Origin: Candidatus Obscuribacterales bacterium
GTDB taxonomy: Bacteria; Cyanobacteriota; Vampirovibrionia; Obscuribacterales; Obscuribacteraceae
Length of the DNA: 64,000 nucleotides
Direction of reading: 5' to 3'
Assembly (NCBI GenBank): GCA_965228855.1
Contig: CBDDIJ010000003.1
Coordinates: 2,944,001 to 3,008,000, forward strand
Below the pieces are notes generated by a model. The model was not told where the DNA came from, did no database searches, and saw nothing but the letters and a program-made list of their open reading frames with translations. The position numbers and the translations under genes were made by a program. Positions 10,040-19,666 of the stretch are shown one piece after another (position 1 is the first letter of the stretch; the number at the start of each line of letters is the position of its first letter).

Positions 10040-12040
10040 ATGATCTGGAACACTACTCGAAATGGGAATATTATTGAACAGATCAACACGGAAAGGTTTC
10101 AAAAGTTGCGTCGTCCTCCACCAAATAACGACTTGCAGGGACGCAAGCTGGAAACGGACCGCGATTTGACCCTCGATGAGAGAGGTTACTTCGGCGCCGC
10201 CCAGACATTTTTGACGTATTCATATCGAGAAAACCTCTTCGCGCAGCTCGACAGGCTTGTTGAGGCGGGTAAGACAGTCGACGGTTTAATCATCGATCTG
10301 ATGCAGACGGGCTTCTCGCTGCCGCTTGATGCACTGGCAAAATTTGCCCAGTACGCAAAACGCCTTTTGAAACCGTCCGGCGTTCTGCTCTTCGTCAAAG
10401 CGGACGGTGCCATTACACTGTCAAAGGACGACTCATCAGGTGGCTTGACACTCAACGTCTATGATAGCCCCTTCGGAATTTTCGCTCGCCATCCGCTTCT
10501 TGCAGACTACGTTTGCGCAACAGTCTCCGGTATCGATCGCCGACGACTTCGCGGCGGTGGCAGCACGCTTGCAACGCACATTCTCTACAATTCGGTTCCA
10601 GTCGTGCGCGAAGAAGGAAAAGCCATCAAAGGCGACTTCTCGCTTCCTGCGCCGCAGAACTGGGTCTTGCAATTGGTTGACGATTACTCTTCGGTGGAGT
10701 CGATTGTTCGCACACTGGAGGCGCGTAATCAATTGCCGGCGGATGAGACCCTGCGAATTCTTCAAGAGATGGAGTCGCAACGCTTTATCTATCCCATTTT
10801 TGCGCGGGTCCAGTTCTTATCGAATTGCTACCACAATCGCAAGAAGTTTCGCCTCGGTCGATACATGGTGGCAGCTGGAATATTGACGGAAAACGAATTG
10901 CAGGAGCTCTTGGAACTGCAGCAAGAAGAAGGCTGGGGTAAACAGCAGAAGACATATTTAGGCTTGCTGGCTGTGCGTCAGGGTTATCTGACGACGCGCG
11001 AACTCGAAGTTCTGCTCGACGATCAGTATCTCTACGGCGGCTACAACGTCGATCGAATGAAAGACTCCAATGGTAAGGAGCGCGCTGTCAATTCAGATTC
11101 CATGCGCGATTCGATGATTGGAAGTCTCGGAGCGATAGACACGGCCGGTCTATTGCAATCACTTTCAACTGCGAAGAAGACCGGTTTGCTTACAGTTGAG
11201 AACCGCGACAAATCTTGCACAATCGCATTCAATCTTGGAAAACCGACACACGCGAAGATGAATAAATTAGTCGGCATTGATGCGATGACTGAATTTCTTG
11301 TGGATTGGTCCGAAGGCATTTTTGTCTTCAAAGATAAAGCAGTGTCAACCGAGATTGACGATTCATGCACCTTTACACAATCACTGGACAAAATTCTTTT
11401 AGACTCGGCACTAGCACAAGATCAAGTAAATCAAATTCTCAGCGGTTTGCCTTCCGGAAAAAACACAATCCTGGAACGCGTATGGAATTTTGAAACCCTC
11501 TGGACAAAGGCTAACGAACGCCCTCTTCAATACATAGACGAAACCACTCCGTCCGAGCGCGACAAACAAAATATTCTGGACCTTGTGCAACTGATCGACG
11601 GACTCTCGACCATAGATGAAGTGATTCGATCACATGAATCCTGGCCGGGTCATATGATCATGAAGGCTATTCAACTGCTGATCGATAATAAACTTGTGTC
11701 GATTCAACAGGCGAGTTTGTTTAGACCTCTTACTGTTTTCCAAAAGATTACGGCTGAAATTCAGGATGTCATCGGCAGAGAAGACAACCGCAGTATTCTG
11801 GAAGCGAGCCTGCATTATGTGCACGGCGACTCACCGGCATCAAATCGTTTCAACATCGACCATGAAGGTCGCGTATCGGTAAACTTGAGCCAGGTTAAGC
11901 GCACCGGCGCGCCGGTATCCGCCGTGCTTCTTGAACTGCGACGCTGGATGGAAGCCTATCTTGCCTATTGTCGGCGTCAGAGCGATCCGGCCATCATCGA
12001 TGAAATTGTCACGCGCATCATCGACACGCACCGCTCCTGA
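10040..12040 (+). CDS. DUF4388 (PatA-N-like) domain protein with tandem MshEN-like motifs
   Basis: RLGRYMVAAGILTENELQELLELQ (10850-10921), a second motif YLGLLAVRQGYLTTRELEVLLDDQ, then DUF4388-like GSLGAIDTAGLLQSLSTAKKTGLLTV...IAFNLGKPTHA...WSEGIFVF. Confidence 0.8.
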   Translation: MIWNTTRNGNIIEQINTERFQKLRRPPPNNDLQGRKLETDRDLTLDERGYFGAAQTFLTYSYRENLFAQLDRLVEAGKTVDGLIIDLMQTGFSLPLDALAKFAQYAKRLLKPSGVLLFVKADGAITLSKDDSSGGLTLNVYDSPFGIFARHPLLADYVCATVSGIDRRRLRGGGSTLATHILYNSVPVVREEGKAIKGDFSLPAPQNWVLQLVDDYSSVESIVRTLEARNQLPADETLRILQEMESQRFIYPIFARVQFLSNCYHNRKKFRLGRYMVAAGILTENELQELLELQQEEGWGKQQKTYLGLLAVRQGYLTTRELEVLLDDQYLYGGYNVDRMKDSNGKERAVNSDSMRDSMIGSLGAIDTAGLLQSLSTAKKTGLLTVENRDKSCTIAFNLGKPTHAKMNKLVGIDAMTEFLVDWSEGIFVFKDKAVSTEIDDSCTFTQSLDKILLDSALAQDQVNQILSGLPSGKNTILERVWNFETLWTKANERPLQYIDETTPSERDKQNILDLVQLIDGLSTIDEVIRSHESWPGHMIMKAIQLLIDNKLVSIQQASLFRPLTVFQKITAEIQDVIGREDNRSILEASLHYVHGDSPASNRFNIDHEGRVSVNLSQVKRTGAPVSAVLLELRRWMEAYLAYCRRQSDPAIIDEIVTRIIDTHRS

Positions 12041-12145
12041 ACAGCTTCAATAAACGCAAAGTTGCAATGCTCGGATCAGGCTTGAAGTGCGCTAAAATTA
12101 GCGCTCGTTCGATCAGTGCAATTTACGTCAGATAGGAAACTTCGT

Positions 12146-13756
12146 ATGAATTTCGAGCTAGTTAAAACGTCGCTATCGCAGACCAAGGCAGACATCGTAG
12201 TCGTGGGATTGTTTAAGGGTGAGGACGCTGGAAAAGCGTTGAAAGGGATCGATGCCAAGTTCCCGCAGGCAATCCAAGAGGCTGTCACAAAGCATCTGGA
12301 CAGCGAAGGATTTAAAGCGAAAGTTTCCGATCTGGTGTCGATTCCGACGTTCGGTCATATCTCCGCTCCGAGAATGATTGTAGTCGGTTTAGGTCCAAAA
12401 GAAGAATTCACGCCGAATGTAATTCGTAAAGCGTCTGCGACAGTCGCTCGAAAGCTTAAGTCTGCAGGCGGCTCTATGAAAGTCGTGATGTTTTTGAGAA
12501 CTGAAGGCGCAGCAAAAACATCAGCGTCGAAAGCGCGCAAGTCACCTTCTCCAGCCACTACGGGCGGTGCCGAGCATCAAATCAGTTCCGCGGTTGAAGG
12601 CTGGTCGCTCGGCAAGTATGAGTTCGACAAATACAAGGCCGGAAAAGACAAAGAGAAAGAAACAGGCTCCGCAAAGAAATCTTCGACAAGCAAAACTGCA
12701 ACGGCAAAATCCAGCAAGAAAGCGCATCTTTCACTGGCAATCGGCGGTGTGAGCCTGGAATCCAAAGCATTCTCGAAGGCAGCTCATCAAGGAGAGGCAA
12801 TATCGGAAGCCACCAACTTCGCCAGAATGTTAATCAACGAACCTCCGATCTACATGACGCCCACACGCTTGTCGATTGAAGCGAAAGACATCGCGAAGCA
12901 TTATGGAATGTCTTGCACAATTATTGATGCAGCTCAGGCGGAGAAGCTCGGCATGGGATGCTTCCTCGGCGTAGCGCGGGGAGCGGCGGAACCTCCGAAA
13001 TTCATCGTCATGAAGTACACCGCTTCAAAGTCGAAGAAAACAGTCGCGATCGTCGGCAAAGGAATCACATTCGACTCGGGCGGACTCTCGTTGAAACCCG
13101 CACAAAGCATGGAGCGAATGAAGTACGACATGTCGGGAGCTGCATGCGTCTTGGGTGCAATGAAAGTTGTCGGAGAGTTGAAACCAAACGTCAATGTTCT
13201 GGCGGTTGTTGCAGCGACTGAAAACATGCCCGGAAGCAAAGCTCTCCACCCCGGAGATGTAATCACCGCAATGAACGGCAAAACGGTGGAGGTCAATAAT
13301 ACCGACGCGGAAGGCCGGCTTGTACTAGCCGATGCGCTCACATATGCGGTTGGTCAGAAGGCAGATGAGCTTATAGACGTTGCCACTCTCACCGGTGCCG
13401 TAGTCACAGCACTCGGTCGCGTGGCCGCGGGAATCATGGGTTCGGACCAAGATCTTGTCGATCGCGTAATGGAGTCAGGCGAGAAGTCCGGTGAGAAATT
13501 CTGGCAGCTTCCGCTGTTTGACGAATACAAGCAAGCGCTGCACAGTGATGTCGCCGATTTGATCAACGCAGGAGCTCGCGGTGAGGCAGGTAGTTCGTGC
13601 GCCGGGATGTTCCTCAAAGAGTTCGTTGACGGCAAACCCTGGGCACACCTCGATATCGCGGGTGTGGCGTGGTCTGACAAGAACGCCAATGATCTGAATA
13701 AAGGCGGAACAGGATTCGGCGTTCGCACGCTCTCGACATACCTTCTCTCACATTAA
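12146..13756 (+). CDS. pepA: Leucyl aminopeptidase (peptidase M17)
   Basis: VGKGITFDSGGLSLKP, MKYDMSGAA, NTDAEGRLVLAD and WAHLDIAG motifs. ATG at 12146 follows AGGA. Confidence 0.96.
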   Translation: MNFELVKTSLSQTKADIVVVGLFKGEDAGKALKGIDAKFPQAIQEAVTKHLDSEGFKAKVSDLVSIPTFGHISAPRMIVVGLGPKEEFTPNVIRKASATVARKLKSAGGSMKVVMFLRTEGAAKTSASKARKSPSPATTGGAEHQISSAVEGWSLGKYEFDKYKAGKDKEKETGSAKKSSTSKTATAKSSKKAHLSLAIGGVSLESKAFSKAAHQGEAISEATNFARMLINEPPIYMTPTRLSIEAKDIAKHYGMSCTIIDAAQAEKLGMGCFLGVARGAAEPPKFIVMKYTASKSKKTVAIVGKGITFDSGGLSLKPAQSMERMKYDMSGAACVLGAMKVVGELKPNVNVLAVVAATENMPGSKALHPGDVITAMNGKTVEVNNTDAEGRLVLADALTYAVGQKADELIDVATLTGAVVTALGRVAAGIMGSDQDLVDRVMESGEKSGEKFWQLPLFDEYKQALHSDVADLINAGARGEAGSSCAGMFLKEFVDGKPWAHLDIAGVAWSDKNANDLNKGGTGFGVRTLSTYLLSH

Positions 13757-13802
13757 GTCATACATCTATAGGATTCGATTTGCGGATTCGATCGGTCTCT
13801 GA

Positions 13803-13896
13803 CAGGCGCGCCTAGAACAGGCTCCGTCAATGAGAGCGCGACGGTTTTCGCCAATTCCGTCGCTCTCTGATTGACAGGCGCAAAAATGCGCGCCTG
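13803..13896. repeat. Long imperfect inverted repeat downstream of pepA
   Basis: caggcgcgc (13803-11) pairs with gcgcgcctg (13888-96); gtcaat-gagag-cgacgg pairs with ccgtcg-ctctc-attgac. Confidence 0.6.
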
Positions 13897-13936
13897 GCAA
13901 GCATTTGAAATTCTTCAAAATCTTTTTTGAAAAAAT

Positions 13937-13963
13937 TGAACTTTTTGGGTCGAAATTACGTAA
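13937..13963 (+). promoter_or_regulatory. Candidate ECF sigma factor promoter
   Basis: TGAACT-N16-CGTAA, resembling ECF -35 AAC / -10 CGT promoters, upstream of the Spy/CpxP-like gene. Confidence 0.5.
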
Positions 13964-14036
13964 TTAACAATAGAGGGCGATGCAGTTTCATCCGCCACCG
14001 AGAATCAATAATCTATCCAAGTTAAGGAGATACGCA

Positions 14037-14648
14037 ATGAGATTTGCTGTAGCTTTGTTCGCCCTGGGTTTTGTTGCCCAATCTTTTGCACCTGCATTTG
14101 CTGAAGAGACCGCTCTTGCCGAAATAGCAGCTGCCGTTCCAATAATGGAAGGAGTCAGTGCCAATGTTATTTCCGGCGAAGGTGCCGAAAGGGCACGAAT
14201 GCAATTTACCGATCAACAGAAAGAAAAATTCTATGAGCTGAAAAACAAATTGCTCTCGGAAGCGGGTCCGAAAAAGCTGGCCCTTGCTGAGCAAAAGCGA
14301 CTCTTAAAAGATCTGCTCACTCAGGAGACAATCGATCGAAAAGCAGTGCAAGCAGCGCAAGACAAAATCAATTCGCTCCACACCGAGCTTGCAAATGTTT
14401 CTGTTGCCTACAAGATGGACTTTCAACAGGAACTCACGCCGGATCAGCGCAAGATCATGCGTTACAAGAGCCTGAGACCGGGAGGCAAAGGTCGTTCACA
14501 CCATGGACGGAAAATGCATCACAAAGGTTTTCCGCGTGCGAGCGAACAAACCGGCGACAAAATCGGCAGCACCGAATCTGGTGGCGCTCAGCTGAACGTC
14601 GATGGCGACTTAATAAACGCCGACAACATTACCGCGTCGAACATCTAG
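14037..14648 (+). CDS. Spy/CpxP-family periplasmic protein
   Basis: AAGGAG RBS, signal peptide MRFAVALFALGFVAQSFAPAFA, helical body with LTxxQ-like motifs FTDQQK and LTPDQR. Confidence 0.75.
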   Translation: MRFAVALFALGFVAQSFAPAFAEETALAEIAAAVPIMEGVSANVISGEGAERARMQFTDQQKEKFYELKNKLLSEAGPKKLALAEQKRLLKDLLTQETIDRKAVQAAQDKINSLHTELANVSVAYKMDFQQELTPDQRKIMRYKSLRPGGKGRSHHGRKMHHKGFPRASEQTGDKIGSTESGGAQLNVDGDLINADNITASNI

Positions 14649-14685
14649 TTATCGAAGGATTTTCACGGTGCTCTGAAGTAATAAG

Positions 14686-14714
14686 GCGGAAGTTGCAAGG
14701 CTTCCGCTTTTTTT
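14686..14714 (+). terminator. Intrinsic terminator, probably bidirectional
   Basis: gcggaag / cttccgc stem followed by a T7 run, between convergent genes. Confidence 0.75.
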
Positions 14715-15444
14715 ATGCCATTCCTGGCTGAAGATATGCCAGATAACTCTGGGTGCGCTCATCGCTGGCCAATTTCTTCAATATTTTTCGAACGCTGGTG
14801 CGAACGGAATCAACGTTGACTGCCATTCGCATAGCAATCTCGTTCTCATCCTGACCATGCATGATAGATTTCAAAATCTGCAGCTCTCTCGAACTCAGAA
14901 TGGATAGCGCGTCTTCATCTTCGACATCTTCAACAGCGGAGATTTCAACACTCTCTTCATTCTCACTTGCTTCTGCAGTTTCGTAAACCTTTACGACATG
15001 ACGAGCAACAGTCGAATCGAGCCATCCACAACCCTCAAATACTTTCTGAATCACACTAACTAATTCAGGAGTCTGAATCGACTTGCAGCAATACGCATCG
15101 GCGCCCGCCGCAAGAGAGGCAAAGGTGCGCTGCTCGTCGTCGAAAGACGTCAGCATAACGACTCGCGTTTCGGGCAATTCACTTTTTATTATTCTAGTGG
15201 CATCGATACCGTTCAATTCGGGCAAGCCAATATCCATGATCACAACCAGTGGATTCAAGCTCCTCGCCTTCTCCACGGCATCAAGCCCGTTAGCCGCCTC
15301 CCCAAGAACCGCGAGGTTCTCGAATTTCTCAAGGGCCTTCTTCAAGCTGAACCGCATAATCTCCTGATCTTCGACGATGAGAACAGAAATACGATTTATG
15401 TTTGACGGACGGAGTTCTTCGGCCAAACTTTCCTCTGGTTTCAA
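14713..15444 (-). CDS. NarL/FixJ (LuxR-HTH) family response regulator
   Basis: REC domain (VLIVEDQ, VIMDIGLPELNGIDA, MLTSFDD) plus LSSRELQIL...EIA HTH. Confidence 0.9.
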   Translation of the reverse strand: MKPEESLAEELRPSNINRISVLIVEDQEIMRFSLKKALEKFENLAVLGEAANGLDAVEKARSLNPLVVIMDIGLPELNGIDATRIIKSELPETRVVMLTSFDDEQRTFASLAAGADAYCCKSIQTPELVSVIQKVFEGCGWLDSTVARHVVKVYETAEASENEESVEISAVEDVEDEDALSILSSRELQILKSIMHGQDENEIAMRMAVNVDSVRTSVRKILKKLASDERTQSYLAYLQPGMA

Positions 15445-15499
15445 ACCCTTAGATAAACAAGTAAGTTATGCCCAAAACTCTTGCAGAATTAGTCCGACA

Positions 15500-16219
15500 T
15501 CAAGATTTTTTGTCATTTTCGACCACACGAAGCCTGTATCCCACACCAGGTTCGGTGATCAAATATTTTGGCCGCGCTGGCTGTTCTTCTAACTTTTGTC
15601 GCAATTGACCCAGGTAAACACGCAGATAATGGCCCTGTTTCGCATGTCCCGGTCCCCAGATTTCGCGTAGCAAGACCTGTTGTGTAACCACCCGATCGGC
15701 ATTTTTCACGAGCATGTTTAAAATCTGATGCTCGATCGGCGTGAGGTGAACTTCTTCGCCCTTCAAATGAACGGTTCGTTTTGCAAGGTCCACTTGCAGT
15801 TCCCCAGAAACAAAAACAGGTTCTTCCGTCGCAGTATTCTTTTCCCTATGTCTAAACGCAACTTTTATGCGAGCCAGCAGTTCGAGAATTCCAAAAGGTT
15901 TTGTGACGTAATCGTCGGCGCCAGCCTCGAGAGCCTCAATCTTATCTTTTTCCATGCTGCGCGCGGACAGCACTATTATTGGAACTCGCGTCCACTCCCG
16001 AGCTCTTTGAGTAAATGTGACACCATCGAGATCCGGCAGCCCGAGATCCAGAATCACCAGGTCAGGCTTTTTCTCAGCTAAAAGAGTCAAACCCTCTTCA
16101 CCTTTTGGCGTTTCAAGCAAGTTGTATCCGTGGTTCACCAGCGAGATACGCAAGAAACGCCTGATTTCAGGCTCATCTTCAACGATCAAAATTGTTGGTC
16201 CGTCATTCATGCTCGACAA
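15500..16219 (-). CDS. kdpE: KdpE-like OmpR-family response regulator
   Basis: ILIVEDEPEIRRFL, LDLGLPDLDG, GADDYVTKPFG, EEVHLTPIE, LLREIWGP, YLRVYLGQLRQKLE..PARPKYLITEPGVGYR. Confidence 0.85.
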   Translation of the reverse strand: MSSMNDGPTILIVEDEPEIRRFLRISLVNHGYNLLETPKGEEGLTLLAEKKPDLVILDLGLPDLDGVTFTQRAREWTRVPIIVLSARSMEKDKIEALEAGADDYVTKPFGILELLARIKVAFRHREKNTATEEPVFVSGELQVDLAKRTVHLKGEEVHLTPIEHQILNMLVKNADRVVTQQVLLREIWGPGHAKQGHYLRVYLGQLRQKLEEQPARPKYLITEPGVGYRLRVVENDKKS

Positions 16220-16281
16220 AAATCACCCTGCTACTTCCCTGCCTCCAACCTGCACAATATGCTTCTAGCTGCTCATCTCCG

Positions 16282-17445
16282 CTATTGCGCTTCAATTTCG
16301 ACTTGAGGAGTCTCGCTTGAAAGCGGCAGCTGAAACTTGATCGATACTCCATCTTTCAATCCCGGCACAGCAAATATTTTTCCACCATGCAGCTCGATTA
16401 TAGACTGGCAGATAGCGAGCCCGAGACCGGCTCCTTCGCTTTCGCTAATCGCTGAGCCACTTCGATAGAACTTCTCAAAAATCTTTTGCTCCTCCCCAGG
16501 CTCTATCGGATTGCCAAAATTAAAAACTTCTACCTCGGCGATTCCATCCAATTTCGCAACCTGAATTCTATAACTTTCAGTGGATGCATATTTGATGCAG
16601 TTTTCGATAAGATTGATAAACACCTTTTCAATCAACAATCCATCAACATAAAGGAGAGGAAAATCCTGCGGAATACGGATATCAATCTCCTTTTCAGTCA
16701 AGGAATTTTCCAGCGAGGTCAGGGCATTGCCCAAAATTTCATCAAACGAATACCATTCTTTATTTAAAACCAAACCGCCGGACTCCAGGCTCGTCATCTC
16801 CAGCAAGTTAGCAACCTGCCGATCAAGGCGTTTGCTCTCGCGACAAATCGATAGTGCCAGTTCCGTGCGGTCCTCTTCAGAGACCGCCTGCCCACTGGCA
16901 TCGAGCAGGCTACTTGCGGCTCCCATGATGGTTGACAACGGGCTACGCAAGTCATGCGACACAGAACGCAATAGCGTGTTCTTCATACGTTCTTTATCGA
17001 TTTGCGCTTCCGTGTCTCGAAGAAGAATCGCTTGTCGCCGAGCTTTGAACGAAAGCTCGTTTATCAATATTGCCACCACCAGAAATACTACCAGTATAAG
17101 GATGTAGTCCAGGTCATCTGGCTGCTGCATCGAAATTGGCCGGATATAGACGAGACAGAACGATATCACATTCAGTACCACGGCTAAAATCGCCCGGCTG
17201 CGATCAAAGCGAAGCGCACTCCATACGATGCCCATAAGATAGGGCATCACCAGGTTGGCAGAGTGGATCGGACGCGATAGTGAACTATCGATTGTTTGAA
17301 GAAGAAACGCCGCACCAGTAGTAATCAGCACGACACCAAGCACGCTCAGAACACCACCTACCGTTTGGAAGCCCTTGCCACTTCCAGTCAGAGATTGTTC
17401 AGCTTTGCTTGGTGTCATGTTTTTCGGCTCTTCGATCCCTTTCAC
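16282..17445 (-). CDS. KdpD-like histidine kinase (4-TM DUF4118-like, HisKA and HATPase only)
   Basis: Four hydrophobic segments, LLRSVSHDLRSPLSTIMG, NLIENCIKY, IFEKFYR and GAGLGLAICQSIIELHGG. Directly upstream of kdpE. Confidence 0.85.
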   Translation of the reverse strand: MKGIEEPKNMTPSKAEQSLTGSGKGFQTVGGVLSVLGVVLITTGAAFLLQTIDSSLSRPIHSANLVMPYLMGIVWSALRFDRSRAILAVVLNVISFCLVYIRPISMQQPDDLDYILILVVFLVVAILINELSFKARRQAILLRDTEAQIDKERMKNTLLRSVSHDLRSPLSTIMGAASSLLDASGQAVSEEDRTELALSICRESKRLDRQVANLLEMTSLESGGLVLNKEWYSFDEILGNALTSLENSLTEKEIDIRIPQDFPLLYVDGLLIEKVFINLIENCIKYASTESYRIQVAKLDGIAEVEVFNFGNPIEPGEEQKIFEKFYRSGSAISESEGAGLGLAICQSIIELHGGKIFAVPGLKDGVSIKFQLPLSSETPQVEIEAQ

Positions 17446-17550
17446 GTAAGGACCTTTTTGGAAAACTTACCAGCCCATATAACATTTGCACACGACCAAC
17501 TATATCACTCGATAAGCATCACCTCCTGGTTAACGACACGATTCACCTGA

Positions 17551-18120
17551 TTACGCCGCAGAGAACGAGCGATAACCAAAGTCGAGTCGTTCGAGCGTCA
17601 TCGCCGCCCTCATACTAACGAACGGATTTTCGTCCTCCTCTAAACGAAGTAAAACCGATACGCAGACGTGTGGACTTTCTGCCAGACGATATCGGACATC
17701 GGAATGCTCGTCCTCCACGAGCTCATGAAGAATGTTGGTCGGAGTGTTCGCATTTTCTGCCACTGCCATGCGAACTTCAAAATGGCTTGAACGGGCAAGC
17801 TCTGCCAAAGTGAATCCGCTGGCTCTCGGATGTTCTGCAATTCTTTCAAGAACTTCTTTATCGGCGGAGCCTGCTAATCGGTTTAACAGAGCGGATGGAG
17901 CGTCCGGATCTCGCACTATCAATCTCGCAAGCTTGTTGATCTTCTCATCGGAATCTTCGATCACGTCCGCAAGCTGGAGTGAGCACGCAGTGCCCTTTTC
18001 CTTGCTCTTGTGCAGTCTATCGCGGAGTTCGCTAACAAGTTCTTCGCGCACGTGCGCCGGCGATTCACAGAAATAACGACCAAGGCTTTTGAAGTAGATA
18101 AGCATCTCCATATCGATCAA
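17551..18120 (-). CDS. Leucine-rich-variant / HEAT-like repeat protein
   Basis: About 24-aa repeats: VLERIAEHPRAS..TLAELA, EVRMAVAENANTP.NILHELV, DVRYRLAESPH. GGGAGG RBS upstream. Confidence 0.75.
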   Translation of the reverse strand: MIDMEMLIYFKSLGRYFCESPAHVREELVSELRDRLHKSKEKGTACSLQLADVIEDSDEKINKLARLIVRDPDAPSALLNRLAGSADKEVLERIAEHPRASGFTLAELARSSHFEVRMAVAENANTPTNILHELVEDEHSDVRYRLAESPHVCVSVLLRLEEDENPFVSMRAAMTLERLDFGYRSFSAA

Positions 18121-18348
18121 CCTCCCGCATCAAGTACTCTCCCAATCTAATGGGGACGTGCGTAAAGGAAACATCAAAATTTCAGAACTTTCCGAATTCG
18201 AGTTCTCACCAGGCGGTCTCAGCCGGAAGGCGCGGCACGAAAGCAAAATCAAAGCCGCAATAAAGTGCTGCACCATATTTACGGATTTCGGTCGAAACCC
18301 AGAGGGATTGCGGCTAATTGAAGTGACACGTGCTATGGGTACAGCAAA

Positions 18349-18385
18349 CAGTTAGCGCCCCGCTGGCTAGACGGGGCGCTGACTG
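18349..18385. other. Strong intergenic hairpin
   Basis: cagttagcgccccg / cggggcgctgactg 14-bp stem (one G-U pair) with a 9-nt loop. Confidence 0.55.
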
Positions 18386-18599
18386 GGAGTTCTCATGACA
18401 ATAGCTTACAAACGAAAGCGATTTCCCAAAACCGGAAAAACCCTGGACTAGCCTCAGGAGAAGATACCTTATGGTCTGGAAACTCCAATAAAACATGGCA
18501 CATCTTCTCCATCGACCTCTTTATCTGGAAATTCTTGTGCTATTCTTGACAATCTCAAAAAACGCACTCAATCTGCTGAAATCACGGTATCCCAATTAA

Positions 18600-19571
18600 A
18601 TGGCGCGTCAACATAATCAATCCGACTTCAAAAGCGGATCCGAACTTGCTTCAAACGATATATCAGATCAAATTCGACTGCTCGAGTTGGAATTAGATCG
18701 GCTCAAACTGGCTCAGACTGGAGGCAAGTCCGCTCCACCGGCGGTCCCAGTCCTGCCCGAGACTGAAATATTGTCGCTGGACTTGAAACTACAGCGGCAA
18801 GTTCTCATGCTGATGGAAGCGATGCCGCATATGGTCTGGATTTCAGACAGCGAAGGCAGAGCTACTCAGGCTAATAACAGATTTTACGAGTTCACCGGAC
18901 TTGGCCGTCAGGTCGACGACGGCTGGGCTTGGGTCAATGTCCTCCATCCGGATGATTTGCAAGAAGCTCTCGAACGCGGCAATGAGGCCGCTCTGCAAAA
19001 CCAATCATTTTCAATGGAGTTACGCTGCAAAAATTTAAAGGGCGAATACTATTGGCACCTCATGCATAGTATTCCGTTTCACGACCCTGACACCAATTCT
19101 ACAAAGTGGTTTGGTACCACGGTTAATATCCATCAGCAGAAGCTCACTCAAGAGCATCTGGCAGCAAGCGAGGCGCAATTGCGAACGTTGGCCGATGCGA
19201 TACCTCACATCGTCTTCACCGCTAATCCTGATGGCTCTGTTCTACTCTGGAATCACCGCTTCTTTGAATACAGCGGTTTGACACCGGAACAAAGTCAGAC
19301 GGATGCCTGGTCATTACTCGTCCACCCGCAGGACCGCGCTCCGTACATGAAGCAATTGCAAGAGGTTTTAAAAACCGGAGACACGTTTGAAATGGAGTTC
19401 CGTTTGAAACGAGCGGTCGGCGTCACAAACGCTTCCAGCCAGGGTTATCTATGGCATCTGGCCCGCGCAGTCGCCCAACGCGATCAGTATGGCACCATCA
19501 TCCGATGGTTCGGAACCTGGACAGAGATTGAAGGTCAAAAGCGCAGCCGGAGCGATAAGTCACCGGATTGA
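18600..19571 (+). CDS. Stand-alone tandem PAS/PAC protein
   Basis: Two PAS-PAC units (MPHMVW...NNRFYEFTG...LHPDD...KWFGTTVNIH and IPHIVF...VHPQD...RWFGTWTEIE). No output domain before the stop. Confidence 0.85.
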   Translation: MARQHNQSDFKSGSELASNDISDQIRLLELELDRLKLAQTGGKSAPPAVPVLPETEILSLDLKLQRQVLMLMEAMPHMVWISDSEGRATQANNRFYEFTGLGRQVDDGWAWVNVLHPDDLQEALERGNEAALQNQSFSMELRCKNLKGEYYWHLMHSIPFHDPDTNSTKWFGTTVNIHQQKLTQEHLAASEAQLRTLADAIPHIVFTANPDGSVLLWNHRFFEYSGLTPEQSQTDAWSLLVHPQDRAPYMKQLQEVLKTGDTFEMEFRLKRAVGVTNASSQGYLWHLARAVAQRDQYGTIIRWFGTWTEIEGQKRSRSDKSPD

Positions 19572-19666
19572 TTTTTTTTGCCTTCAGGCATTCACCAGAA
19601 GTTCACCATTATGATCTTTAAATTACAAACCTCTTTCCGCTAAGTCTTTCAGCCTGCACTGCGCTT

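Noticed and set aside
18495..18599. 34-codon ORF in frame with, and stopping immediately before, the PAS gene
   Set aside because: No convincing RBS or motif; compatible with chance.
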